Assembly: GCA_964637955.1 (NCBI GenBank)
Contig: CAZWXQ010000002.1
Coordinates: forward strand, 135,782-199,781
DNA: 64,000 nucleotides
Direction: 5' to 3'
Source of the DNA: an uncultured Gammaproteobacteria bacterium
GTDB taxonomy: Bacteria > Patescibacteriota > Microgenomatia > Levybacterales > UBA12049
Made by a program: the position numbers and the translations under genes. Below the pieces are notes generated by a model. It saw nothing but the letters and a program-made list of their open reading frames with translations. It had not been told where the DNA came from and searched no databases. This document shows positions 1 to 9,517 of the stretch, piece by piece. Numbering within the stretch: the stretch's first letter is position 1; the number at the start of each line of letters is the position of its first letter.

Positions 1-3000
1 CTAATGCATCTTCTTTATATCCAAGCTTTGCTTTTCTGCTCGCGATATCTATTAGGGTATCGAATGTAGAAATATGTACATCGGTAGGATCTGATGAATC
101 AATTAAAGCCCTTTCAACTTTGGTTAAAAATACGAAGGCATCATGTTTCATTTCCAATCCTTGCATAATCTCAGTTAGCTCACGATAGAAAAAGAATCTA
201 TTTCCCAAAGCTTCATAAATCGGATAATCTTCACCTATATAAGATTTTCCTTCCTCGAAAATTTGTTCTGTCTCATTTAAAATTTCTAAAGCTTTAATTT
301 TATCTCCGGAAGCAAGCGCAGTTCTAGCTATTTCGATAAATGCTTTTTGTTTTTGGAATTTCTGAGGGATATTTCGGGCAAGACGAACTGCTTCATCTAC
401 GCTCTGGCTAGATACTGCGATTGAAAGGCTGCTAAGTTTTTTTGATCTTTCTAAGTTACTTTCAGATCCAAGTGCCAGTCTTATAGCTCTTTGGATGCTT
501 AATGAAAAATCCTCTATATTATCAAATTCTATTTGGGTGGGTAGAGAAGCGCTATTAAGGTCTTTGTAATTTAGAAGAGGGATATTTGAAGTTAGTTCTC
601 TCGGCATACTTTCAGTAGTAATTCCAAACTTTTCTCTTAACTGATCTATGGCAATAACTTGAATTTCTTCTCTAGTTAAATAGGAGACAGCTTTCATCAA
701 ATCTTTGCTTATTTTAACCGCATTATTCTTATGAAGACTTAAATGTCCAGCTTCGTTTTTTGTATAAGCAGTTGAGATTTTTTCAGATAGAGTTTTGGAA
801 AGTTTCCCACTTCTTACAGCAGCGTCAAGATATGCAGGAAGAATTTCAATCGCAGCTTTTAAATGTTCGCTTTCATGAATTCTGCCAAGTTCTCTCATCA
901 TGGAATCGAATCCACTTTTTTCATCTGCCAATTCATAAAGTTGGCCTATCGTAACGTAAAGTCCGTAATAAGGCGTATCACCAAATGCCAGTTCTGCAAG
1001 GAAAGAACCAAGTTCACCGGTATTATAAGAATGTTGTATTTCGTGAATACTTATTTGTTGAACTATGTCATTGGTTAGTTCTTTTAGTTTTTCATCTTTT
1101 CTTTTTTTATTTTCATCGTAGTCTTCAAGGTAAGTTATATTATCCCATTCTTGGAGAACGAGTATTGGCATTTCATCGCGAACATACACTAATATCCCCA
1201 TGAATGTTTCTAGTGATTCACTAATTTGGTCTAGATATACAACTTTTCTGTCACTAGAATCTATATTTCTTACATTTAATCCATTTATTTCTTCACTTGC
1301 TAGGGAAATGCTTTGATCCACAAAATAAACCAAATGTTGGTCTCCAAAATAATCGTACTGCGCAATTTTGTGAATTCTTCCTATTGAAGCTTCAATAGTA
1401 GATTTATCATCTAAATCTATGTGGAATGAATAATCAAAATTTAAAAAGTAAGCGGCTAGTAATTCTTCAGTTTCTTTTAATTTTATTCTTCTGTCCAGTG
1501 ATGAGTAGTAGATCTCATTTGATTTTAGGTTTTCAATATATACATGACTATGATTTGGATCGTTATCCATTGCCTCGTAAACATTAGCTTGTGCTTTATT
1601 TAGTAACTCTTGGATTTCAGGAGAAAGAGAGGAGCTAAGGAGAACTTCTCGAATTCTTTGGAAATGTTCAAGAATTTGTGAGTTTCCCAAAACTTCAGAT
1701 CTTATACTTATAGTATTTTCAATTTCAGTTGTATCTTCAAATGTGTTTATTTTTATGAATGCTTCGCTAAAATCTTTAAGTAAAAAATTTACTTGTTCCT
1801 GTTTTCCGAAATAATCTTTAAGTTTTTCAAAAATTTCAGGACTTACACCATTTATGTTTCCTAAAATAGAATTCAAATCTTCAAATTTTATGCCTATGCC
1901 CCTGACTATATTCTCGATATCTAGATCTGATGTGGGAGTGATTGGAGTTTCATAGACAACAGCTGTAATTAAAGCTAAATCCTCTGGATTTTCTTTCAAA
2001 ATACTTACTACATCTTTAATAGTTAGATCTTCATTCCAAGTTCTTTCAATTTTTCTTCTTTCAAGTGCTGGCACAGAAGTTCTCTCATGAGTTGGAGTTT
2101 CGACTAAAAATGAATTCGGGAGTCCGTCAGTAGTTATAAGATCTGTATTTTTATTTTCCTGTTTACTTTTCTTAGCGAAGAAAAGCATGCCAATATCTTC
2201 AAAGCTGGTAGATCCATTTTCATATCCTTTTTGAAATACTATGACAGTTTCACTAAATCCGCATTTTTCTAGAGCTTCTCTTAATGGTTCAGGAGTGGCG
2301 ATATTTCTTTTTGCATTGCTTCCAAGTCCTGAATCAGTTTTTACGTACCCGATAAAAATTCCTTCTTCTTTTAGGATTCTTGCAGCATTTGTTGCGAAAT
2401 CCACAGAGTTTTCCATATAATCCAAGCCCCAACCGGAGAAGAGAACGTCCACACTTCCATCTGGAATATCGCTATCTCCAAGGCCATGTCCGTATTCATA
2501 TACAAGATTTTTCTTAATTTTTGCGTGATCTTTTTTGCTTGTAGATTGGAGCATCGAATTCAATATTTCTCTTTGAGTTTCGGCTTCAGGAACTTTTTCA
2601 CCTGAAAAATATTTATTCCAAAATTGGGTAGGGAGAAGTTTTGAATAAACTTGATCAAAAGCCATTGAAAATAATTCATCCTGAGAAAGTTTGTCTTGCA
2701 CCTTTTCATTTACAAGCCATGAGATTGTATAGGAAATATTCTCTCTTAATTCTTCATCTAGATTTTCTTCCAAGTAGCTTAATGTATATGGAAATCTTTG
2801 GGACTGGGGCAAATCAAAATAGACAACATTGTCTTCGAGGTTATTATATCCTTTACCTCCATAATATTCGCTTAAATGGCGAGTTAGAAGTATCCCGCCA
2901 TCATCAATAAATTTAAAAATGTAGTGACTACGTTCGGCCGGCGTAAGAGAGCTCCACAACCTTTCATCTATTTTTAGATGTTGTCTTACAAAGATAGCAA

Positions 3001-3571
3001 TTTTTTCAGAAGAGGGAAGTGTCCAGAACATTTGCTCCTCAGCAGATTCAAAATCCTTTCTGCCATGTGCTTCTCTTAACTTTTGCTCAGCACTTCTTGA
3101 TTGCTCCTTGGAATATGTTCTTTCTCCATTTATCAATTCCTTAACTTGAGCGATTGCTCTCGTATCTACGAGAATTGACCTGGCGCCTTTCTTAGCTGCA
3201 TGTACTGCGAAAAACGGATAGAATTCAGGTCTGAAATGTACTACTGTTTTTCCTTCAAGACTGCCTACAAGTTTTTCAGCTGTATCAGCCAAAGCTCTCT
3301 CGGCATACAAATTCATTCCTGGCCAAGCTCTTCCATCAGGTCCACCTGAATTTTTATCTGGATAAAAAGTATCTCCATCGAAAAACGGATCGTATCTGTG
3401 AGTCTGCGAAAACTCGCTACCAATTATTTCGTATTGAATGCGTCCTGTAGCATCATTTTCACGTCTTTTTGGATCGCGTACTGGTTCAGGTAAAACAGCA
3501 TGGAGAGCCTCAATTAAAGGAGTTTGTTGTGGGATTTCGTCTGAATCAATTAAAACTTCTACACCTGCCAT
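1..3571 (-). CDS. Large (>1190 aa, runs off the left edge) multidomain protein: N-terminal class I SAM-methyltransferase-like domain split by an insertion, helical C-terminal region
   Basis: ATG at 3571 (MAGVEVLIDSDEIPQQ...) with TATAAT upstream. Same frame reads open in every stretch translated and at position 1; no minus-strand ORF in the track here, consistent with no stop inside the window. Motifs LEGKTVVHF...AVHAAKKGARSILVD and IPDGSVDVLFSGWGLDYMENSVDFATNAARILKEEGIFI...TPEPLREALEKCGF. Confidence 0.8.
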   Translation of the reverse strand, partial: MAGVEVLIDSDEIPQQTPLIEALHAVLPEPVRDPKRRENDATGRIQYEIIGSEFSQTHRYDPFFDGDTFYPDKNSGGPDGRAWPGMNLYAERALADTAEKLVGSLEGKTVVHFRPEFYPFFAVHAAKKGARSILVDTRAIAQVKELINGERTYSKEQSRSAEQKLREAHGRKDFESAEEQMFWTLPSSEKIAIFVRQHLKIDERLWSSLTPAERSHYIFKFIDDGGILLTRHLSEYYGGKGYNNLEDNVVYFDLPQSQRFPYTLSYLEENLDEELRENISYTISWLVNEKVQDKLSQDELFSMAFDQVYSKLLPTQFWNKYFSGEKVPEAETQREILNSMLQSTSKKDHAKIKKNLVYEYGHGLGDSDIPDGSVDVLFSGWGLDYMENSVDFATNAARILKEEGIFIGYVKTDSGLGSNAKRNIATPEPLREALEKCGFSETVIVFQKGYENGSTSFEDIGMLFFAKKSKQENKNTDLITTDGLPNSFLVETPTHERTSVPALERRKIERTWNEDLTIKDVVSILKENPEDLALITAVVYETPITPTSDLDIENIVRGIGIKFEDLNSILGNINGVSPEIFEKLKDYFGKQEQVNFLLKDFSEAFIKINTFEDTTEIENTISIRSEVLGNSQILEHFQRIREVLLSSSLSPEIQELLNKAQANVYEAMDNDPNHSHVYIENLKSNEIYYSSLDRRIKLKETEELLAAYFLNFDYSFHIDLDDKSTIEASIGRIHKIAQYDYFGDQHLVYFVDQSISLASEEINGLNVRNIDSSDRKVVYLDQISESLETFMGILVYVRDEMPILVLQEWDNITYLEDYDENKKRKDEKLKELTNDIVQQISIHEIQHSYNTGELGSFLAELAFGDTPYYGLYVTIGQLYELADEKSGFDSMMRELGRIHESEHLKAAIEILPAYLDAAVRSGKLSKTLSEKISTAYTKNEAGHLSLHKNNAVKISKDLMKAVSYLTREEIQVIAIDQLREKFGITTESMPRELTSNIPLLNYKDLNSASLPTQIEFDNIEDFSLSIQRAIRLALGSESNLERSKKLSSLSIAVSSQSVDEAVRLARNIPQKFQKQKAFIEIARTALASGDKIKALEILNETEQIFEEGKSYIGEDYPIYEALGNRFFFYRELTEIMQGLEMKHDAFVFLTKVERALIDSSDPTDVHISTFDTLIDIASRKAKLGYKEDAL

Positions 3572-3649
3572 TTATAAGGTTAGAATTATAACTTATAGTC
3601 TGAAGTTATGCAATTATTTAGTATATTTAATCTTTGTTATAATCTGAGC

Positions 3650-4246
3650 ATGAATTATAAGGATCAAGTGTTTTCAGCAGATGAAATAAAGGGTAAAGAG
3701 TTTATAGATTGTGAATTCGAAAACTGTCGATTTGTTTCCACAAATCTTAGATTCACCTCGTTTAAAAATACTAATTTTCTAACCTGTGATTTATCATCTG
3801 CAGCTTTTGATCTAACATCTTTCGTAAGCTGCAAATTTCCTGAAAGTAAGTTAAGTAATGTAGATTTCTCTGAGATGCAGATAAAAGACTGTGACTTTTC
3901 AAATTCCATTCTTCGGAACTGCGTTTTTCAGCAGCTGAAACCAGGGAGTAAAAATGAAAAGGAGAAATTTGACTTAAGTCGTATAAATTTTGAAAATGCA
4001 CAGCTCCAAAGCGCATTATTTTCTTTCTGTGATTTAAAAGAAGCCAACTTCAGAGGTGCTGATCTGGAAAGCGTAGTCTTCGAAAAGTGTAAATTAAAAG
4101 AAACAAATTTCACTGGAGCAAATATTAGTGGCACAAACTTTTCAGACTCTTCGATAGACGGCGCCATCCTTGATGTCGATGGTTTTATTTCATTCGGAGT
4201 ATCAACCGGTTTCAAGCTCGAAAACCTAAACCACCCAGAAAAATAA
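3650..4246 (+). CDS. Pentapeptide repeat protein (Qnr/MfpA-like fold)
   Basis: Tandem (S/A/C)xFxx pentapeptides (ANFRGADLESVVFEKCKLKETNFTGANISGTNFS). ATG 3650 follows tgtTATAAT by 6 nt. Confidence 0.9.
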   Translation: MNYKDQVFSADEIKGKEFIDCEFENCRFVSTNLRFTSFKNTNFLTCDLSSAAFDLTSFVSCKFPESKLSNVDFSEMQIKDCDFSNSILRNCVFQQLKPGSKNEKEKFDLSRINFENAQLQSALFSFCDLKEANFRGADLESVVFEKCKLKETNFTGANISGTNFSDSSIDGAILDVDGFISFGVSTGFKLENLNHPEK

Positions 4247-4306
4247 AAGTCCGATTCCCATTAGTCTTTACTCCGCAGAGTTTATCCTGTATCTCTTGAT
4301 GAAGGA

Positions 4307-4334
4307 TTGACACCGAAGCAAAAATATATATAAT
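4307..4334 (+). promoter_or_regulatory. Sigma70 promoter TTGACA-N16-TATAAT
   Basis: Consensus hexamers 8 nt upstream of ATG 4343. Confidence 0.7.
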
Positions 4335-4342
4335 TCCATTTT

Positions 4343-4744
4343 ATGAAAGAAAATGGCGTAGGGAAGGTAATTTTTGGAGAGCCCAATGAATTTTTAGCAG
4401 CACGATTACATGCTCAAGCCCTCGATTGTGCAGATAAGGCTGATAAATCACGAGGAAATTATCTAAGAAGAGATTCTTTTTATAGAGACGCAGCAGCCTT
4501 AGAAGAATTGGCTTTTGCTACATATCCTCCAGAAAGGGTAGAGGCTAGGTGTGCGTCTGCATTTTATGCAGTCAGTTTTCATTATAATTCAGGCTATCCT
4601 GAAGATGTAATTAGATCAGGTGCGCATTTTTTAAGAAATTTACCCCAGCCTGCATTGGAAATTGTAGGTAGAAGAATTCAGGTTATGTTAGATGAAGCAA
4701 AGCTGCGTGTTAATTCTCCTTTGTATATTAATTCCCAACCTTGA
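4343..4744 (+). CDS. Small all-helical (TPR-like) hypothetical protein
   Basis: 133-aa ORF with own consensus promoter; helical pattern LHAQALDCADKA...YRDAAALEELA. Confidence 0.65.
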   Translation: MKENGVGKVIFGEPNEFLAARLHAQALDCADKADKSRGNYLRRDSFYRDAAALEELAFATYPPERVEARCASAFYAVSFHYNSGYPEDVIRSGAHFLRNLPQPALEIVGRRIQVMLDEAKLRVNSPLYINSQP

Positions 4745-4778
4745 CACAAAGCTAAAAGGTGCCATAATTAGCCTCATC

Positions 4779-5873
4779 TTGAACATTATATTTACAAATC
4801 CATATAAAAACGAATTTGAAAAAAAATTTCAAATCGCAGAGTCACATGTCAGAAATATAATTAATAATCCATTTAAAATAAGTACAGTTTCTGAAGATGG
4901 TTTAACAATAAGTATATATTTAAGTCAACTAATAGATAAAAAATTCTACATATTAGTTTGGACTGAAATTCAAGGAAATAACCTGCAAGTTAAAAGTGCA
5001 TTTAAACTATTAAAAGGATTTGTTGAAGAAGAGCATGTTAATGATCCAAAATGGATCCTTCAAAAATTTGTAAATGAATTTGGCCTCGTGATTCAGGTAG
5101 GTGAGCAGGTAGGTAAATTCATATATAAAGAAGATATTTTAGTAAAACCTTCGCTTACTCCCACGAATCTTCTTACATTTAATAATTTTCAAAATCACGC
5201 TTTTTTTGGCAGTCAATATTTCAAAATCATTGAAAGCCCAGGGCACAAAGTGGTTAAATGCTTTTTGATTTTCTTTATTGATGTAGATAGGTATTTATCT
5301 TGGATAGATGATAAATCTAATTCTGATAATGAAGAAGCAGCAAAAATATTGAAAGAGAAATTGAAAAGTTGCCCAGTTGGTAAGCCTGGATGGAGGGAGT
5401 ATGAAGGAATATGTAAGGAGATAGTTGAGTTTTTATTCAGAGATGATTTTTACAACTTTAATGCAGAGGAGCAACTTAGTACTTATGATGGGCTAGAAAT
5501 AAGAGATTTATTAGTGGTAAATGATGCTAAACCAGAGTCTTTATTTTGGAGTGGAGTTAAAAATGAATTTGGTTCAAATCAGATTATTTATGAATTTAAG
5601 AATCTCACAGATGAAATAGGGAAAGATGAGGTTTATCAAACAGACGATTACACTAACAAGGCGATTGGTTTTTTTGCAATCATTTTTTCAAGGAAAGGGT
5701 TATCCCCGAATGGGGTTAGTGCAGTTAAAAGAAAATATGATTCAACAGATAAAGTATTGGTTTTGAATTGTACAGATGAAGATTTAATCGAAATGCTTAC
5801 GTTGAGGAGTGCAGGGAAAGATCCTACGATCATACTTCAGCAAAAGAAAACAGAATTTGAAAGTACATATTGA
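4779..5873 (+). CDS. Unknown N-terminal domain fused to C-terminal PD-(D/E)xK restriction-endonuclease-like domain
   Basis: Motifs GWREYEGIC, EIRDLL, IIYEFKN, DEVYQTDDY, AIIFSRKG. TTG start at 4779 inferred from TTGACA(4741)-N16-CATAAT promoter; track start is 4692. Confidence 0.75.
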   Translation: MNIIFTNPYKNEFEKKFQIAESHVRNIINNPFKISTVSEDGLTISIYLSQLIDKKFYILVWTEIQGNNLQVKSAFKLLKGFVEEEHVNDPKWILQKFVNEFGLVIQVGEQVGKFIYKEDILVKPSLTPTNLLTFNNFQNHAFFGSQYFKIIESPGHKVVKCFLIFFIDVDRYLSWIDDKSNSDNEEAAKILKEKLKSCPVGKPGWREYEGICKEIVEFLFRDDFYNFNAEEQLSTYDGLEIRDLLVVNDAKPESLFWSGVKNEFGSNQIIYEFKNLTDEIGKDEVYQTDDYTNKAIGFFAIIFSRKGLSPNGVSAVKRKYDSTDKVLVLNCTDEDLIEMLTLRSAGKDPTIILQQKKTEFESTY

Positions 5874-5884
5874 GATTTGTATTT

Positions 5885-5921
5885 TATGAAGAGGTAGAGC
5901 CGAGGCGGATACCTCTTCATA
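5885..5921. terminator. Hairpin between convergent genes (likely bidirectional terminator)
   Basis: tatgaagaggta ... tacctcttcata 12-bp inverted repeat with T/A runs nearby. Confidence 0.7.
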
Positions 5922-5930
5922 CAAAAATTT

Positions 5931-6227
5931 CTACATAGGTAGGGCTTCGAATATTTTTACACTTGTTAGTGTCGGGCAATCATTTTTCACCATTTCTTCT
6001 ACTTCTTCCTGACTTTGGGCATTTATTATCGTATAGCCAGAGATTGCGTCAACGCCTGCTGGAAGATCTTTTTTACTTCCATCTTTCATGATTTCTACGC
6101 CAGCTGCGAAAGGGTTTCCGCTGTCGACAACTCTATCGCCTAAAACTTCAAACCATTTGGTCCAGCCGTCCATAACATTTTGAGAAGGTTCCACTGAACC
6201 TACATATAAAATTACAAATTTCTTCAT
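5931..6227 (-). CDS. YciI/DGPF-like dimeric alpha-beta barrel protein
   Basis: MKKFVILY...WTKWFEVLGDRVVDSGNPF...ISGYTIINAQS pattern; SD GGGGGTG upstream. Confidence 0.8.
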   Translation of the reverse strand: MKKFVILYVGSVEPSQNVMDGWTKWFEVLGDRVVDSGNPFAAGVEIMKDGSKKDLPAGVDAISGYTIINAQSQEEVEEMVKNDCPTLTSVKIFEALPM

Positions 6228-6252
6228 TTTTTCTTTTCACCCCCTTTCTAGA

Positions 6253-6479
6253 CTCACTTTCTTTTTCGAAGAAAAAGACTAGTGAGCTCTTGATCCCAAA
6301 GCCGAAGGCTGTTGGGACATTTTAGTAATCTCTTATCGAACCCTCCTTGGAGGGAGAGATTTAGAGTTAGTTATACTTAGATCTTCGATCTAAGTATTGA
6401 ATTTCCTATCGGTTATTCTTAATAAGAAATTCTTATTTGCACCGTTGGCAATCTTAAGTTGCCGACGAGCACTAATAAG
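6253..6479. repeat. Intergenic array of 5-6 consecutive hairpins
   Basis: e.g. tctttttc-gaa-gaaaaaga, gcc-gaa-ggc, ccctcc-tt-ggaggg, atacttagatc-ttc-gatctaagtat, cgttggcaa...ttgccgacg. Confidence 0.75.
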
Positions 6480-6489
6480 CTTATTAACC

Positions 6490-6822
6490 TCACTTATCAT
6501 TTTCCATTAAATAATGTGCGTAATTTTCGAGTGATTCAGCATCTGTGCCCCAATATGCCTGAAATTCATTTAGCCAAACCTGAATATTTTTTACGCACTC
6601 TCTATTCAAAATTAAGAAATTTGTGCGTCCGATTTTTTTAGACCTTATTAGTCCAGAAGTCTTCAGAACTTTTATATGTTTATGAATTGCCGGAAGAGAG
6701 AGATTCTCTTGGTGGGCGAGTTGAGTGATAGAGTGGGGCTGAAGTCCCAGACAATGCACGATATCTCGTCTGTGCTGATTTCCTAGAGCTTCAAAAATAT
6801 TATCAAGTTCTTTATTTTTCAT
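6490..6822 (-). CDS. ArsR/SmtB family transcriptional regulator
   Basis: IFEALGNQHRRDIV...LSLPAIHKHIKVLKTSGLIRSKKIGR winged HTH. Confidence 0.9.
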   Translation of the reverse strand: MKNKELDNIFEALGNQHRRDIVHCLGLQPHSITQLAHQENLSLPAIHKHIKVLKTSGLIRSKKIGRTNFLILNRECVKNIQVWLNEFQAYWGTDAESLENYAHYLMENDK

Positions 6823-6900
6823 AAAAGGTTAACTTTAAAGTTAAGTATAATGATTTGGATAGTTTTTGTCAATCTGTAGCTTCTGATATAATTTTTTCAA

Positions 6901-7479
6901 ATGGAATATAAAACGAAGACTGATTTAATTCTTCCATTTAATGGAACCTGGATGGTTTCTAATGGAGGAAGAACTAAAGAAACAAATAATCATTTGAGGG
7001 AAGATGGCCCTAGGCATCAGATCTATGCTTATGATTTTCGAGAAGAATTTACAGGAATTAAAGATAGGTTGGAGGACTATGAAGTTTTTGGAAAAGAAGT
7101 TTTATGTCCGGCTGATGCCAGGATTATCTTGGTAAAGAACGATTCAGTTGACATTAATCCTGGTGAGCAAAATAAAGGTGTTGGAATGGGGAACGGCGTG
7201 GGACTCGATTTTGGAAACGGCGAATTTGGTTTAATTTGTCATTTTAAATTTAACTCTATAACAGTAAAGGAGGGGGATAGAGTAAAACAAGGAGAATTGA
7301 TTGGTCTTTGTGGAAATAGTGGAGGTTCCTCCCAGCCCCATATTCACTTCAATCTTCAAGAAAATCCAAAAATGAAAAATCGAAAAGCATTGCCAGCTCA
7401 GTTCAGAAAAATATTGGTAAATGGAGAGTTGAAGGAAGAATATGAACCCGTTCGTTTCGATATGGTTTCAAATCCATAA
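6901..7479 (+). CDS. M23 family metallopeptidase (no signal peptide visible)
   Basis: YAYDF, ICHFK, V..GDRVKQGELIGLCGNSGGSSQPHIHF. Confidence 0.9.
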   Translation: MEYKTKTDLILPFNGTWMVSNGGRTKETNNHLREDGPRHQIYAYDFREEFTGIKDRLEDYEVFGKEVLCPADARIILVKNDSVDINPGEQNKGVGMGNGVGLDFGNGEFGLICHFKFNSITVKEGDRVKQGELIGLCGNSGGSSQPHIHFNLQENPKMKNRKALPAQFRKILVNGELKEEYEPVRFDMVSNP

Positions 7480-7551
7480 CCCATGATATATTTAGCCTCG
7501 TAAATAAGCTTATAGTTTGACTTAAATTCATATTTTAGGTATAATTCTGAC

Positions 7552-8472
7552 ATGACTAGTGAACAAATTCCGGAAAATAATTTTCGTGAGATGGTTTTGA
7601 GAGGTAGAACACCTGCTGAATACATCGAACAAACGCTTGCTGAGGAAGAGAGTTTTAATCGTGAGCTTCGACCTGAATTGCCTTCATTTACGGCCTGGGA
7701 TAAAGCAGGGTTTATTCTTGGACTTGTAGAGAGGGGAATTATCGAAGAAAATGATATCGCATCAGTCGTACCTGGAATTGGTTTATCTGAACATGAAGTA
7801 GAGCATTTTTTAGATCAGATAATTCCAGAAGCAAAAGAGGCAATTGAACAAGACAGAAAGCTGCATGAAATGGAAGCAGCAAAACAAAGAGTTGAGCTTG
7901 CAGAAGCCTTCTCCAGAAGCTGGGGAGTAGATAGAATCTCTGCATTTGCTGATATAGGTTTATTAAATATAGACGCAATTAGAGCTCTAGATCCATCTTG
8001 GGCGAATGCACTTGAGAGATTCCCAGAATATAAGCCTGAACTTGAAAGAATAATAGCAGGGATAGAAGATCCAGAGGCCAAAGCTATGGCATTAATGAGA
8101 AATTTATTTTATGTAAGTAATCTTCATCCGTCAGAAACCATGGAAATTTTTAGGACTGAACAGAAAACCGGAACTTATGTATATCAAGATAGTTTATTTA
8201 GAGCTTCATATGTTTTACACCAGCTTAAAACTGAAAGAGATCCAGATTTTAGTGTAATTAAATTTGGAGGAGGTGGAATGATGATTTCTATGAATTTTAC
8301 TAGTGTGGATGACCCGGAATCAATGAAAAGAAAAGATAGAAAAGATAGATTAAGTTTGTTGCAATTTGGAGCTGTAACTCCTTTTGAGGTAACCAGTCCT
8401 GATAAAAATGTTTTTCAACCAGGACTCGCTAGTCAAATAAATCAATTTACTATTTTGCCTTCAGAAAGTTAA
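7552..8472 (+). CDS. Hypothetical protein
   Basis: 306-aa ORF, TATAAT 6 nt upstream; no motif recognised. Confidence 0.75.
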   Translation: MTSEQIPENNFREMVLRGRTPAEYIEQTLAEEESFNRELRPELPSFTAWDKAGFILGLVERGIIEENDIASVVPGIGLSEHEVEHFLDQIIPEAKEAIEQDRKLHEMEAAKQRVELAEAFSRSWGVDRISAFADIGLLNIDAIRALDPSWANALERFPEYKPELERIIAGIEDPEAKAMALMRNLFYVSNLHPSETMEIFRTEQKTGTYVYQDSLFRASYVLHQLKTERDPDFSVIKFGGGGMMISMNFTSVDDPESMKRKDRKDRLSLLQFGAVTPFEVTSPDKNVFQPGLASQINQFTILPSES

Positions 8473-8490
8473 CTTCTTATATTTAGCCAC

Positions 8491-8526
8491 ATGGATTATA
8501 AAACGAAGACTGATTTAATTCTCCCT
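8491..8526 (+). repeat. Duplicated 5' end of the M23 peptidase gene (gene-start remnant)
   Basis: 29/30 nt identical to 6901-6930; reads MDYKTKTDLILP vs MEYKTKTDLILP. Confidence 0.85.
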
Positions 8527-8583
8527 ATAAAAATAATTTAGCTATTTCTAAAAAGGCATTTTTAGTTATACTAGATTAATAAT

Positions 8584-9477
8584 ATGGATGTAGTTTCAGA
8601 GCAAACTGGTGTTCATGAATGGGGGGAATACGCAGAGAGAAGAGTTCTTGCTCCCCCTGAATTCATAAAAGAAATTAGTGAAAAGCTAAAAGAAAAAGAT
8701 ATTCTTTCGGTTGGAGAGCATCATGATTTAGAGCAAGATGCAAGTTATGGTTGGATCCAGCAGTTTGCAGGAGAGATTTTTGAAGCTTATGATTGGTATA
8801 GGCTCGGAAAAATTACAGGTAAAGAGCCAATGCCATTTGAAAGACTTTTAAGGCGCGAATCTAAATTGGTAGAAAAACTTATGGAAAGGCAGCCTAGCTT
8901 TGAAGAATTAAAAAAGATGCATGTAGGAAGGTTTTTTGCGCTTGGAGTCTTGCCACTCGCTAAAGCAGCAGGTTATACGGATTTGGTTTTAGAAGGATTC
9001 GATGAAATTAGCCCGGGGGCAAGTTATCAATTAAGTAAAGATAAGACAGGTGATTTGCTCAGGCTTACTTACGCTATGATATTGGGATTTAATATTCATG
9101 GCGCATGGCCAAGAGGGCAGTTTGTTAAGCCAGAAGAGGTTGGTGATTCAATATTTGAAAAGATAAAAGCAGCAAAAACCTCAAATCCAGAAGCTAAAAT
9201 ACTCGTCTATAATGGTGCAATGCATAACGTGACTGAGCCTTTTAAATTAGGATCAAAAGTGAGCCTTGGTATATTTGGGGAAACAGATCCAAATGAGTGG
9301 AGTTATGCTCCAAGAGCTAGGGAATTATGGGGAGAATGGTATGGAGCAATGGATTTGATGAATGGAGGCAGGCCTCTTCCGAATAGCCATTTTAAATATA
9401 TGCAAGAAAAAGCAGAGCCTGGACAAATTACGAGATTCACGCATGGTATAGATCAGCAAACTTATATATTAAATTGA
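8584..9477 (+). CDS. Putative ChaN/EreA/TIKI-superfamily hydrolase
   Basis: DILSVGEHH ... LVLEG ... ILVYNGAMHN match the GExH / E / GxxH layout. Confidence 0.55.
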   Translation: MDVVSEQTGVHEWGEYAERRVLAPPEFIKEISEKLKEKDILSVGEHHDLEQDASYGWIQQFAGEIFEAYDWYRLGKITGKEPMPFERLLRRESKLVEKLMERQPSFEELKKMHVGRFFALGVLPLAKAAGYTDLVLEGFDEISPGASYQLSKDKTGDLLRLTYAMILGFNIHGAWPRGQFVKPEEVGDSIFEKIKAAKTSNPEAKILVYNGAMHNVTEPFKLGSKVSLGIFGETDPNEWSYAPRARELWGEWYGAMDLMNGGRPLPNSHFKYMQEKAEPGQITRFTHGIDQQTYILN

Positions 9478-9517
9478 ATTAGAAAGATATTATATTTTCT
9501 TGCTATAATTAGCTTCT

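Noticed and set aside
760-3647. Short + strand ORFs (760, 863, 985, 2641, 3438)
   Set aside because: Antisense shadows of the long minus-strand ORF; no motifs.
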